NCBI GenBank assembly: GCA_977862235.1
Contig: OZ374562.1
Coordinates: 2,728,001 to 2,792,000 of the forward strand
Length of the DNA stretch: 64,000 nt
From: Dudresnaya verticillata
Taxonomy: Eukaryota
Direction of reading: 5' to 3'
Below are positions 1 to 11,621 of this stretch, in pieces. Under the pieces are notes generated by a model. That model was not told the origin of the DNA. It ran no database searches and saw nothing but the letters and a program-made list of their open reading frames with translations. Both the position numbers and the translations under genes were made by a program. How positions within the stretch are numbered: position 1 is the stretch's first letter; each line of letters starts with the position of its first letter.

Positions 1-178
1 AGTGCAACGGGAATGGAATTTTTCTGCACGCCTTTCCTATGATATGTTTATTTCTGGGGCTATTGGAGCTTCCCGCCACGTTTCCACCGCATGTGATGAG
101 CGCCAGCTCCACTTTTATCCGTGTTTTACTTTCACATCCTTATCAGATAGACTTCACCCCTTTGTTTGGGCCCTCTGA

Positions 179-549
179 TGTTACAAACAGTAGCAAAACT
201 GCACAGTGGCAAAATTACAAAGCGCCATAATAGCAGCTGACCTCAGCATTTTTTAATGAATTTTCAATCTACAAACGTGTTAGTCTTTATTGTAGTCCTT
301 TACTTAGTCTATAGACTAATAGCTAGTTTTAGTAAGTTCCATCAAGCTTTCTCTAACCACTAGAATTCTATAAAGGAGGTCTGCTCTGAACTCTCTCAGA
401 GAAAGGGGGGCAGGCCGCAAACGTCTGAAGCAAAAACCTCTGAGTCGGCGAGTTGCAAGCAGTGTATCAAAAGAACCGCGTGCTTTCATCAACCACCCAA
501 AAAACCCAACAGTAAGTTTATTCATTACAGTGCAATCTGAGCCGCGACA
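179..549 (+). repeat. 5' LTR of element A
   Basis: TGTTACAAAC...GCCGCGACA (TG..CA), followed by AAT-TGGTACC; first ~300 bp repeated at 6797-7098. Confidence 0.9.
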
Positions 550-551
550 AA

Positions 552-1196
552 TTGGTACCATCGCCTACTCGGTCGTTAAAATGTTTTTTCTTGTGCGCAG
601 TGAGCGCCAGTCCGCCCAGCAGTGAGCCAAATAAGGCTGAGCAGCCTCTGAAAACAGCAGCACAGAATACGTCAAATACCGAGAAAACAATTGAAAAAAC
701 AGAAAGTGAAAAACCAGGAAAAGAGAAGCTAACAAACGTGGAAAATAAGGACAAACTTTTGGCAAAATTACCGAGTGCTTTAACGGGACCTACATTCAAT
801 ATTACCCCCAAGCCTAATTACAGTAACAAAAAGTGTTTCCAGTGCGGTCACACTAAATTTGCCAACCAATCCTGGGACGACCATAACACATCCAAATTAC
901 ACCTGGAAGAAATATTCAAGAGAGAAGGATTTAATACGGCTGTAAGCCATTTAGATCGCCAATACGACCGTTTTGTTAACATTAACTGCGACCTTTGTGG
1001 AACGCGTTAGAGTAGCAAAATATTGTTCAAAAATCACCAGTACGGTGGGGAACATATTAGGCGAGGAAATCAGCTTCGTGACCTAGTTAAGTCAGCTGCT
1101 GAGAGTGGCTATATTGAGAAGTGGCACATCATAGCTAAGCCACGAAAAGTCTACGTTCGGGAGATTTCTAAGGTGCTCAGAAACTGCAAAAAATAA
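552..1196 (+). pseudogene. Accessory ORF upstream of gag with two C-x2-C-x12-H-x5-H (U1/matrin/JAZ-type) zinc fingers; one in-frame TAG at 1008-1010; no in-frame ATG
   Basis: CFQCGHTKFANQSWDDHNTSKLH and CDLCGTR*SSKILFKNHQYGGEH; frame stays open after the TAG until TAA at 1194-1196. Confidence 0.7.
553..570 (+). promoter_or_regulatory. Putative primer-binding site of A (tRNA not assigned)
   Basis: TGGTACCATCGCC 3 nt after the LTR end; not the canonical tRNAiMet TGGTATCAGAGC. Confidence 0.6.
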
Positions 1197-1248
1197 GAAA
1201 TAAATTGATCTTTGTGGGTTTGAGAAAATATATATTGCAACTACGAAA

Positions 1249-2244
1249 ATGGACACCACACAACAGGTCCAAAATTTACAGAATCAAGTAGCCGCCTTAC
1301 AGCAACAGCTTGGACAGGCTAACCAGACCTTGCAAGAAGCAACACAGACATATCAAAATGTGACGCAATCAAACATCGGCAATAACCTAAGAACGGGTAA
1401 ACCTGATAAGTTCAGAGGTAAATTTGCTCGGAGTTGGGTTAAAAGCCTTGAAAATATTTTCAATAGCCAGAACAATCCTGTAACTGAAGATAAAAAGGTT
1501 AAGTATGCCGTAAGCTATATGACTGGTGCTGCAATACAATGGTGGGAGTTAATAAGTTTAAATAACATTGATATACCAACATTTGAGGTATTTAAGACTA
1601 AATTGTTGGAACACTTTGAATCTGTAAACAGAGAGTTGAATGCACGTAAGATGCAAAATGAATTAAAACAAATGGGAAGCCTCAACACAGTTAGAAAATA
1701 CAACCAAGAGTTCTCTAAGTGGTTGTTACAAATACCGAGCATGGCTCCAGCAGAACAGATATTTCACTACAGTCAGGGCCTGGAACACAGGACCAGGGTG
1801 GAAGTGGAAAGGGCTTACCCCAATACCGTACAAGAAGCTATGCAAATAGCGGATAGACTAGACAGTCTATATACTCCACGATTTGGGGGCAATGGTTTCC
1901 GCAATGGAAATGGAAATGGAAACCCATCAGATGGGCCAGTACCTATGCAGATTGGAATAATACCCCAGAGACGAGGAAATCGCCTATCACCAGCAGAATG
2001 GAAACGCTATATGGATGAAAATCTTTGTTTCATCTGTGCACAAAAAGGGTGTTATGCAAGAAAACATTACAAAACTGGGGCTAGGCAAGCCGCAAAACAG
2101 GAAGAAAAAACTAATTGCTCCGTTGAGTCACTTCAGCACGGCGACGGGGAAACAAACAATGGCCGAGGGTCAAGAAAAAGATACAAAAAATACAAAAACA
2201 TTGCAAAAACAAGAAAAAGAACAAAAAGAGGGAGTAGTAGGTAG
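1249..2244 (+). CDS. gag: Gag of element A (retrotransposon capsid domain, degenerate zinc knuckle)
   Basis: KPDKFRG, YMTGAAIQWW, GPVPMQIG, CFICAQKGCYARKH. Confidence 0.9.
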   Translation: MDTTQQVQNLQNQVAALQQQLGQANQTLQEATQTYQNVTQSNIGNNLRTGKPDKFRGKFARSWVKSLENIFNSQNNPVTEDKKVKYAVSYMTGAAIQWWELISLNNIDIPTFEVFKTKLLEHFESVNRELNARKMQNELKQMGSLNTVRKYNQEFSKWLLQIPSMAPAEQIFHYSQGLEHRTRVEVERAYPNTVQEAMQIADRLDSLYTPRFGGNGFRNGNGNGNPSDGPVPMQIGIIPQRRGNRLSPAEWKRYMDENLCFICAQKGCYARKHYKTGARQAAKQEEKTNCSVESLQHGDGETNNGRGSRKRYKKYKNIAKTRKRTKRGSSR

Positions 2245-4707
2245 TATAAAAGTATGTGCATTTTCGCCATACAAAAAGAGAAGGAAGTCCAGGCGACAAG
2301 CATTGTTAGTCTACAATGGGACAGTACGAAGTAGTGCCAGTAAATTCCATTGCAAGACGCTGGTAGACTCTGGTTGTGAAGAAATAGTAATATCAAAGAA
2401 ATACGCAGACGGGTTGGAACTGCAGAGAGAAAAGACTGATCTCAACGCAGAATTATTGGACCAGACACTTGTTCCGATGGAAAGGTGTGCGGAGGATCTG
2501 AAATTGCGGATTGGAGAGACCGTTATAATGGTCAGACCATATATAGTTGATTGGATCGCTTACGACTTAATCCTAGGCAAGACGTGGCTTTCTAAAGCTA
2601 ATCCAATAATCAACTGGAAGTTGAACCGCATGCTCCTTAAGCAAGAGGAAAGGTTAATAGCTCTGGACGCAGAGGCTTGTAATCATGGGGCATCCCTCCC
2701 GACATATGTGCTTACAAGTAAACAATTTAAGAGATTAGTCAGAAGAGAAAAAAGTGTGATATATCACGTATTGGTCAAAACGCCAAAGAACAAGAAAAAG
2801 AAGCAGGTAATAGTCCTGAAAGTTCATCAGGTAATAGCCCTGAAGAAGATGAATATAAAACAAAACTAAATAAAATATTGGCGGAGTACAAAGATGTATT
2901 CCCAGTCCAACTACCAAAGGGTTTACCCCCGGAGAGGGTAGTGGAGATGAAAATAAACTTGGAAGAGGGTGTGAGACCAAAGATGGGACCACTCTACAAG
3001 TTATTAAAAACAGAACTTGAAGAGATGAAAAAACAATTAGAGGAAGCCCTCACGCAAGGGTTCATCCGACCAAGCATCAGTCCTTGGGGCAGTCCAGTAC
3101 TGTTCACTCCTAAAAAGGATGGAGGACTGAGAATGTGTATTGACTATAGGGCACTGAACAAACAAACTATAAAAATTCAGGTTCCATTACCGAGAATTGA
3201 TGAGGTGTGGGATCAGATTGGGGGAGCGCAATACTTCTCTACGGTGGATCTAAGATCAGGATATCACCAAATTCGAGTACATGAGAATGATATTGAAAAA
3301 ACTGCATTCCGCACAAGATACGGACAGTTTGAATACCTTGTAACACCATTTGGGTTAACTGGAGCACCAGGGTGTTTCCAGACTTTAATGAACATTGTTT
3401 TCCAACCCTATTTGGACAAATTCGTACTAGTGTACTTGGACGATATACTTATCTACAGTAAGACAAAAGAAGAACACCTAGACATATCAAAGTAGTGTTG
3501 AAATTACTAAGAGAAAATAAGCTTTATGGGAAACTATCAAAGTGTGAGTTCCTAAAACAAAATCTTGAATATTTAGGACACATAATAAGTGATCGGGGAA
3601 TACAAGTTGACCAAAGAAAAATCAAAGCAGTACAGAAATGGGAAGTTCCCGAAACCGTAACACAAGTCCAGAGTTTTCTAGGACTTTTCAATTATTACAG
3701 GAGGTTCGTGAAAGATTTTGCTACTATCGCAGCTCCTTTAACGGAGCTGACGAAAAATAAAAATGCCTTTGTGTGGGGTGAAAGAGAACAAATTTCCTTT
3801 GAACAGTTAAAAGAAACTTTAACGAAAACACCTGGGTTACGTTGTGCAGATCCAGGTTTACCCTACGATATAACAGCTGACGCTTCTGGGACAGGAATAG
3901 GAGCAGTATTATCACAAAAAGATGAACTGGGAAGCCGACCAGTGGCATATGCATCAAGGAAATTGAATCCTGCAGAGCAAGGTTACAGTACCCATGACCG
4001 AGAGTTATTAGCTATAGTGTATGCATTACAGACGTGGAGATCTTATCTACATGGAGCTAAGTTCAAGATACATACAGACCACCATCCACTGAAGTACTTG
4101 GATACAGAAAAGACCCTATCACGTAAACAAGCGAGGTGGGTTGAGTTTATGCAAGAGTTTGATTGCGAAGTACACTATATCAAGGGAAAAGAAGACAAAG
4201 TCGCAGACGCTCTTTCTAGGCAGTACAAGGAAGTGTATTAGACATCCACCTCCTTCATATCAAAATTAATGACGATAACTACCGTATCCGTCTCAGAGTG
4301 GATGCTTAAACGATTAGAAAAGGAGTATCTCGAAGACGAGAAATTTAAAGAACAATACAATAAGCTATCAGAACCGTATAAGCGGAAGGACAAGAGGCTT
4401 TATTTCGAAAATAGATTATGCCTACCAGAAGGCGAGACAAGAAAAACAGTGCTACATGATAACCATGAGTCCTTAATTGGAGCACAAGTCGAACCGCCTT
4501 CGGCGGGGGCGGAGCTGCACGTCGCTAGACCCCGCGCCTTCGGCGCGGGACGGCATTGAGTGCTGGTATGATAGGCCCCGCGCCTTCGGCCCGGGGTGTA
4601 ACGGCGGTCGCGCGCGCACAAAAGTAAAGGACCAAATTAAGAAATCAGGCGCACAGCAAAGGTGTCGGATGTAAGGAGCACCATCCCGCCAATCAATGGT
4701 GAGGTTT

Positions 4708-4731
4708 GCTGCTGCTGCTGCTGCTGCTGCT
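4708..4731. repeat. (CTG)n microsatellite
   Basis: Direct inspection. Confidence 0.9.
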
Positions 4732-5304
4732 GATTTTTTTCATTGGCGGCGCGGTACTGTATTTTAGATATAATTGGGGGGCGTAGAAACTATTTGTAGC
4801 GCGAAGTGGCAGCATTGGCGCAGCGATGTAGAATTTTGTTTAATTTTGCAACCCTACCCTGCCTAATACTACCCTTTGGGCGGTCATACCCACATAAATT
4901 CTTACTATAAGGTTAACAAGGGCAACGACGCGGTGCTGCGCGCCGCTATGCGCCGTGCAGCCGCGCCGAAGGCGCGACCGAGTTTTGTATCCTCTGTGGC
5001 AGGATGGGATACTGTGGGATACCGGGGTAGCTTGGGGTCGCTTGATAACGACAGGTGTCTTACAATTTCTTTGGAATGATATTTGTTTCCAAGCCGTGAG
5101 ACAGGTGCGGTTTTAATCACATAAGTTAGGAATGGAGGCGCACGGCGGGACTTTAAGATCGTATCACTGTAGCGCGGCGGCGCGTCTGTCAATTTACTAT
5201 CAGAAAATCGGAGCGCACCAATGCGCGCGCGTTGATTTGGTACCGCGGCAAAATACAGCCAATCGGGTGGCACGGCTTGGCGGTCAGCCAATGGGGTTGC
5301 AGCT

Positions 5305-5373
5305 TTGCTGCTGCTGCTGCTGCTGCTGATGCTGCTGCTGCTGATGCTGCTGATGCTGCTGCTGCTGCTGCTG
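5305..5373. repeat. Interrupted (CTG)n microsatellite
   Basis: Direct inspection. Confidence 0.9.
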
Positions 5374-6784
5374 AATTTTTCTATTAGGCGTAAAAGGGTG
5401 ATCTAGTAATATTTTTAGGCGTGCGTAGAAATAGGTTTGGCGGCAAGGGATGGCAATGGCGGGCGGATGTTAATTTCTACAAAATGTTTACGTGTACGAA
5501 GCCCTCGAGGGGCCTCGTACACTGACTAATCATTACTATGGGGAGAACACCGAGGTTACAAACGGACGCTTCATAATATATCGAGCCATTACTTCTGGCC
5601 AAACATGAAAAAGGAAGTTTGCAACTATGTAAAGAGTTGCCAGAGGTGCCAGGAATCGAAAAGCAGAAACCAAAAGGCACCAGGAACTAGTCGACCATTC
5701 CCTCCGCCAACATGTAAGTGGGAGGAAATATCCATTGACTTCATTTTTGACCTACCTAAGACGAAACGGAACAAAAACGCCATCATGGTTGTGGTGGACA
5801 AATTATCGAAACGAGCGCACTTTCTCGCTCTAGAACCCAACTTTGACGAGTCAACGCTGCGCAGGTATTTTACGAAGAAGTATACAAACATCATGGAATA
5901 CCGAAAAAATTATATCAGATAGAGATACCCGCTTTACGGGGATTTTTTGGCAAGAGCTAATGAAATTGCTGCAAGTTAAGCTGAACCGTTCAACCGCATT
6001 TCATCCACAGACAGATGGCCAATCCGAGCGATCGTTTAGGACGCTTGTAGAAATGTTCAGATGCTTCATCTCTAGTACACAGAAAGATTGGAACAAATAC
6101 CTACCCGGAATTGAATTTGCATACAACAACTATACAAACGAGACTACCAAAACACGAGCATTTCTATTTGGAATACAGACAACATACATTAACAGTTTCC
6201 GAGATACTACATACGGAACACTCAGTTAATGACCAATCCCAAACCTTCTTGGAGGACATGAAGAAGACAAATGAGATGGCCCGACAAGCAATTAGAGATG
6301 AAAACTTGCATACACAGGACACAGAAAATGTAAACAAAAAATACAAAGTCGGAGACCACGTGATGTTATCAACTAAGAACCTACCGAAACCACTCGGTAA
6401 AATCAAGAAATTCCTTCCGAAGTTCATTGGGCCATTCACCATCGTTAACAAAGTAGCTGACGGCAGAGCCTATCGACTAGAACTGCCATCCGAATATAAG
6501 GAGCTACATCTTACATTTCATATTTCGTTACTCAAGCCTTATGTGGAAGACCAAAATCACAGAAATCTTCCACAAAAGCTTCATTTAGGAAGATCACCTA
6601 CAGGAAAACGCATTGAGAAGATAGTCGCACACCGCCTACGTGAAGGTTAAGGCGAGTTTCTAGTGCATTTTAGCAACACTGATGCCATTGAAATACATGG
6701 GCACCTAAACACGAAGTCGCACAGCTTCCAGCGCGTATCCAGGACTACTTCACCAAATTATTCGAGGACGAATAAGACGATTAT

Positions 6785-6795
6785 GAGGGGAGGAG
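6785..6795 (+). promoter_or_regulatory. Polypurine tract of A
   Basis: GAGGGGAGGAG just before the 3' LTR TGTT. Confidence 0.85.
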
Positions 6796-6796
6796 T

Positions 6797-7098
6797 TGTT
6801 AGAAACAGTAACAAAACTGCACAGCAGCAAACTTACAAAGCGCCATAATAGCAGCTGACCTCAGCATATTTTAATGAATTTTCAATCTACAAACGTGTTA
6901 GTCTTTATTGTAGTCTTTTACCTAGTCTATAGACTAATAGCTAGTTTTAGTAAGTTCCATCGAGCTTTCTCTAACTACTAGAATTCTATAAAGGAGGTCT
7001 GCTCTCAACTTTCTCAGAGAAAGGGGAGCAGGCCGCAAAAGTCTGAAGCAAAAACTTCTGAGTCGGCGAGTTCCAAGCAGTGTGTCAAAAGAACCGCG
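6797..7098 (+). repeat. 3' LTR of A (left part only)
   Basis: About 94% identical by eye to 179-480; breaks after GAACCGCG where the LTR of B starts. Confidence 0.9.
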
Positions 7099-7741
7099 TG
7101 TAGTAGTATGGCCCGTCAAGGCAGAAACCCGCCAACCGGCAAGGACAGCTGTCCTGACGGTGCACAACACACTAGCTTGGGTAGCTCGGGAAAAGGTTGG
7201 TAGAGACTTTGAAAGGCACAGAGCCTAAGGGAAAAGGGGGAAAAGGGGCGGCGCCACCCAGCTCGCACAGAGCAACCGTCGTGTGGAGGCAAGGCTCGTA
7301 AAGCACCTGAAAGGGAGGTTACGGTGAGTCCGTGAATTCCAGAAAAAGGGTAAAGACCCGACACCCACCGTAGGTTCTATTCAGGAGGCCCCTGCTACTC
7401 AGGGGCCTATTAAGTATACAGAGCCGAAAATGCTCTTACCTCCTATCAGCTATTCTAAGCTATTCTAACTGTCATTATTAATCTAATTGTACTGTTTTCA
7501 GTTATAATTACGGATTAGTGGTAGTACCGCGTCGGGACGCTTGAGCGGCCACAATAAATTACCCAATGGCAATTTGCCATCAATTTTGGTGCCAGCAGGG
7601 ACGCCAGCGAGGCGCATCGCCCTTACAGCGCACGGTGCTTGTGCGCGCCTTACAGCTTGATGCGCGTGGGCGTTTTACACCTTAATGCACACAAATGACT
7701 TACAGTGCGCCAGCACTTCTGCTGCGGCTCATTCTTCCACA
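7099..7741 (-). repeat. 3' LTR of B
   Basis: TGTAGTAGT...TTCCACA; about 97-98% identical by eye to 42264-42897. Confidence 0.92.
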
Positions 7742-7751
7742 CGGCCCCCTC
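7742..7751 (-). promoter_or_regulatory. Polypurine tract of B
   Basis: GAGGGGGCCG on the minus strand abutting the LTR; equivalent at C 19261-19271. Confidence 0.8.
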
Positions 7752-8283
7752 GTTAAGGCTGAGAGACCCGCGAAGCCAGCAAGGCTGTTTCTATTGGCCC
7801 CGTCTTGGGCGAGCTTGAAATCCCAGTGGATTATTGGGCCAACGGTTCACTTGTAACCGCCGCCACTGGTGGCCGGTGTGGAACCGTTCGCAGTAGTGAC
7901 AAATCACTGACTTCGCCGTCCCAGTCTCGACGGCGAACATCTGGCTATTCCGACGACCGGTGTGCCTTCGCGCGGAAAGCCCCAAGCGGCTGCATACTTC
8001 AGCGACATCACAGCGGCTTCCGCTACAGTGTCGTGTGCGCACCCACTCTGCTCACCACCATCTCCAACCATCTCCGCGCCCTGCGCTTTCCCTCCAGCTC
8101 CAACCTACCGCCACGCGGTGCCGTTTTCATTTCGACGCGCCGCGGTGGCTGTGCGCGCGGTCGAGTGCCAGCCTTCGGTCGTTATCAACGGCGCCTTCGC
8201 CTGACATCCACTACCCTATGGCATTGCCGTTCAAGATCTTCGAGGAGAAGTAGTCAGTGTGACTCTGTCGGGAGACTTGTGGG

Positions 8284-10605
8284 ATGAACAACAGCCATAT
8301 GGCTTATGGAGCCGCCGGTTCTAGCAACGGCGTGCTAGGAATCGAGGTCGATGAGATGGGCGTGCCCCTCACTGTCAAGGAGAGCCGCGACTGGAGAGTG
8401 CGCACCGACCTCGCGCATCTCAAAGCGCGTGCTGGCGCTGATCGCACCGACATCCGCCGTCGCGGAGCGCGCCAAGCCCAACGTCGTACTTGGAATACTC
8501 ACGCCCGGGCCCGTCTATCCCCGCTGACGGGTCTTACCCGTCGCCTGCCCGCCCTCGCGGGTCCGTGGCAATGGGACTTAGCGCACCCGCGCTTTCGCCA
8601 TGAAGTGCGCTACACCGCCACATTGTGCGACAAGCTCAACTTCGAGCTGGAGCAGATGCAGAGCGTGCACGACGCTGGGCAGTACGATCTCGGGATGGTT
8701 GCGCACGAGCGCCCACTGATTCGCAGTGGTAGGGACAATTACCCTTACACCATGGCGCGCGTGGTCCGCTGGGACGAGACATCCAACTTCAAATTCGCGA
8801 TGGATAATCCCCAAACGGCCATGCCGTCAGACTTGGTGCGGTTCGAGCACCGTAATCTACATCGCACTGGGTGCTACGTCCCGGCACATTGCCAAGATGT
8901 TACCTCTATCCGTCCCGAGTTGTACAGGGTGAAGTACCCTCAAGTTACAGGAGACCATGCGGAGCTCGAGGTATCTTACTCCATGCCCGTGGGCACTCCA
9001 ACGATCATAGCCTATCTTGGCTTGGAGATGATGGACACCAATACAGACGATAGCGTCTTGTGGCCCATTTTCCGCCACGAGTGGATAGTCTTGGTGACTC
9101 AAGTATTCGTATACGAAGCCCGTCGGGGCTTGTTGTATTTCATCAATGCCCCACTTCGTGCGTCCATCCGCTCCATAGGCTCCGCCGCCTTTACCGCGAC
9201 TTCGGCTGATGCCGACGATTTGGACCAACCCCTGGTCTTTGTGGAACGGATCCGTTGGAGTGGAGTCTCAAAGCGCAACAGGCACTTGCCTGAGAATACC
9301 GGCCACATTACACCGGTATTCGATCGCGGCGACGGGGTCGAGTTTGACGCCGTCAAGTGGAACCCAGTCCTTCCCGACTACTTAATGGCGCCTCTACCCT
9401 CCGAGGGTGAATCGATCCAATTGGATGAAGGCGAACGTCGCACCGGGTACACCAAAGGTTGGGTGAGCGTGCGTTAGCGCGATGAAGGGCCTAAGCACCC
9501 TGATGAGGTGCCCCCCTTCGACGACACTGTCGATGGGGAGCCGCAAGGTCCGTACACTCCAGTGCTGACACACCACTACCGGGCTGATGCCGAGATCCGT
9601 GACCTATTTGGCCGTCGTGGGTTGGCCATCCGCTTGGCTGCCCACTGGGGCATCTTTTCCCTCAACCTTCGTAGTCTTGCTGACTGGGTTGAGGATGTAT
9701 TAGCCGAATATGAGGCTCACTGGATTGGAACCCCGGGCAACATTGCGCGCCTTCTGGCTCATATGGATAAGATGCCCCCGCTTGGGGGGACCGGGGCTAA
9801 GGCGGAGCCGAGGGTCCAAGTTAAGGACGAGACTGGTATCCTGTCTACGAGAGAGCCTGGCTCTAAGGTGCGTCGCGGAGTCGGATATGGTAAGCCGGGT
9901 TCTTCAGCCCAAGGCTCATCTGGAGCCATTCTGGCGCCTGACGCTCGTGAAGCCAATGCGGCTGACGCGTCTAAGATTCCGCGTGAAGAGCCGTCGGCTG
10001 GGGCCTCTACTGAGGGTATAACTGCCGGGCCGGTGGCTGCGGCAGCTATATCGTCCAAGACCGGCGGTCCGGCTCAGCCATCGGCTTCTCGAGTTGGCGT
10101 CCCTCTACGCTCAGTGCTTCCAGGCAACGTGCCTACGCCTAGCGAGGCGCGACTCGGGCCTTTACAGCCGAATCTGTCTGGCACCGGCGAGGCAGTGGAG
10201 GTGACGTCCGGGCCAGGCCCTATAGTGACGCCGTCGCCTATGCCGGCTCAGGCTGAGTTGCCTTCCGCCGGAACCAAGGAGGTTACCACGGAGCCGCTGC
10301 ATGAGGCGTCGAAGCCTACTGACGACGTGCTCATCAAGACGGAGCTGATCCTCAAAGAGGAGGAGGAGTTGGAGGTCAACGAGGGCGGAGGTGCTACACC
10401 TGAAGCAACGCCGATGGACGTTGAGCTTCCAGCCAGTGAGGCTCGTGGTGCCGCAATGGAGGGTATGCGCCGAGGCCGCGGTCCGCGTCGTGGTCAAGGT
10501 CGGCGAATTGTTCGCGAAGTTCGTCGCATCGTGACGGCACGAGCTCCCGCGGCTCCGAATCCGCCGCTTGACGGCGACGAAGTCATTGACCTGCTCTCAG
10601 ATTAA
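8284..10605 (+). pseudogene. Antisense accessory ORF of B (~773 codons, single in-frame TAG at 9475-9477); unknown N-terminal domain, Ala/Pro-rich linker, SUMO/SIM-like tail
   Basis: Track ORFs 8284-9477 and 9508-10605 share a frame; strongly homologous to C 19880-22224; the TAG aligns with a Trp of C. Confidence 0.88.
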
Positions 10606-11621
10606 CTGAACCAGGTTCTTAATGGCTTGAGGCATCGAGCCTAATGGGTTAGAAGCCTATCCCAGCGGCTTAACCGCTTCACAATAAACCTCGTCTTGTA
10701 TGTTTAACCCAACGCCTCTTGTAGACTTCGAGCCTTCACGTCCGATGCCAGTTTCCTCCCTAGTGGGACAGTGGTGCCTTCGCCTGTTCAAGCATCGAGG
10801 GGCAACCTACTATTGGTTGACCAATACGCCTCCACAGCCTCTGTCGCGGCTTGAGAGCGTGACAGCAATGTCAGCAGTTGCTCTACAGTACAAAGCCACG
10901 CACTGTAGCGTATTTTGGCGCGAAAGCCATTAGGGCTTTCAATTGGCCATGCCGTCCCGCCGCCTTGCTGTAGCCCCACCGTGGGCTCTGGTCTCTCGTT
11001 GCAAGCATAATTTGGGTGCCAGTGCCAGGGCTTTACCCATCGCCACTACCACAGGGTAGAGGTCAGCGGCATCGGCTTCAAGCCCGCACGGCCTCCTGAG
11101 TTCTCAGCGTCAATACGCTTCGCGCTTCTCCTCCCATATCAAATGGGGTACGCTTTCCCGCGGTTGTCCCAACCGGGGTGAGAGTCATGGTATCAAGACT
11201 CATGAGTCTAGTTTTGGCGTCTTTTTGGCTTTGCGCCCTCGCGGGGTTTGACGCTAGCGCCCTTTTGGTGGGAGGTAGTTAGCAACCCTCCGGGCTCAAT
11301 ACCTCGTCCAGTTTGCAGCGTCGGCATCGCTTTTTGGCAGCCCAGCTGCCCTTAAGCGCCATCGTGCTGGTAGTTGTTGTCATTATAAATTACAAGTTAG
11401 TCATCGGGGCTGGGAACCACCCACATAGAGGGGGGAAGCTGCCTCCCTAGCTTGGGCCTTTCAGGAGTGTTTCCTTGAGGTAGCCAGGTTTTGGCAACTT
11501 TACCCTTCAAGGTATTAGCCTTACACAGCGTTATTTGCTCCTCGGATAAATGGTCGACTCCTAAGTCCAGAGCGTGCGCTCGCCTTAGCAACACCTTCTT
11601 TTAGAGTTCACCTCTTGATTA

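Larger units (their letters stand above)
4487..5541. mobile_element. ~1.05 kb non-coding insertion in A integrase; possibly non-autonomous Helitron-like
   Basis: Integrase reads HESLIGA before and HRGYKRT after; flanks GGAGCACA/GGAGAACA; several GC hairpins; CTAG next to a hairpin (4525-4549); terminal hairpin 5492-5522 then CTAA; two diverged (CTG)n-containing subunits. Confidence 0.6.
2015..6720 (+). pseudogene. pol: Pol of element A (PR, RT, RNase H, integrase, decayed chromodomain), fragmented and interrupted at 4487-5541
   Basis: LVDSG (PR); [10 protein letters not shown] and YLDD (RT); DASG..RELLAIV..TDH (RH); HPQTDGQSER and GPF (IN); IEKIVAHR..FLVHF (chromo remnant). Confidence 0.92.
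179..7098 (+). mobile_element. Ty3/Gypsy LTR retrotransposon 'A' (degenerate, chromovirus-like); 3' LTR cut by element B
   Basis: Direct LTR repeats (179.. and 6797..), TGG-PBS at 553, PPT at 6785-6795, gag then PR-RT-RH-IN order, several stops and frameshifts. Confidence 0.95.

Noticed and set aside
9475..9477. Programmed stop read-through in the B antisense ORF
   Set aside because: The TAG aligns with a Trp (TGG) in C; a single G-to-A mutation is simpler
8284..10605. Extra ORF as an env gene
   Set aside because: Antisense to gag-pol; no signal peptide or clear transmembrane anchor; carries nuclear-type motifs instead
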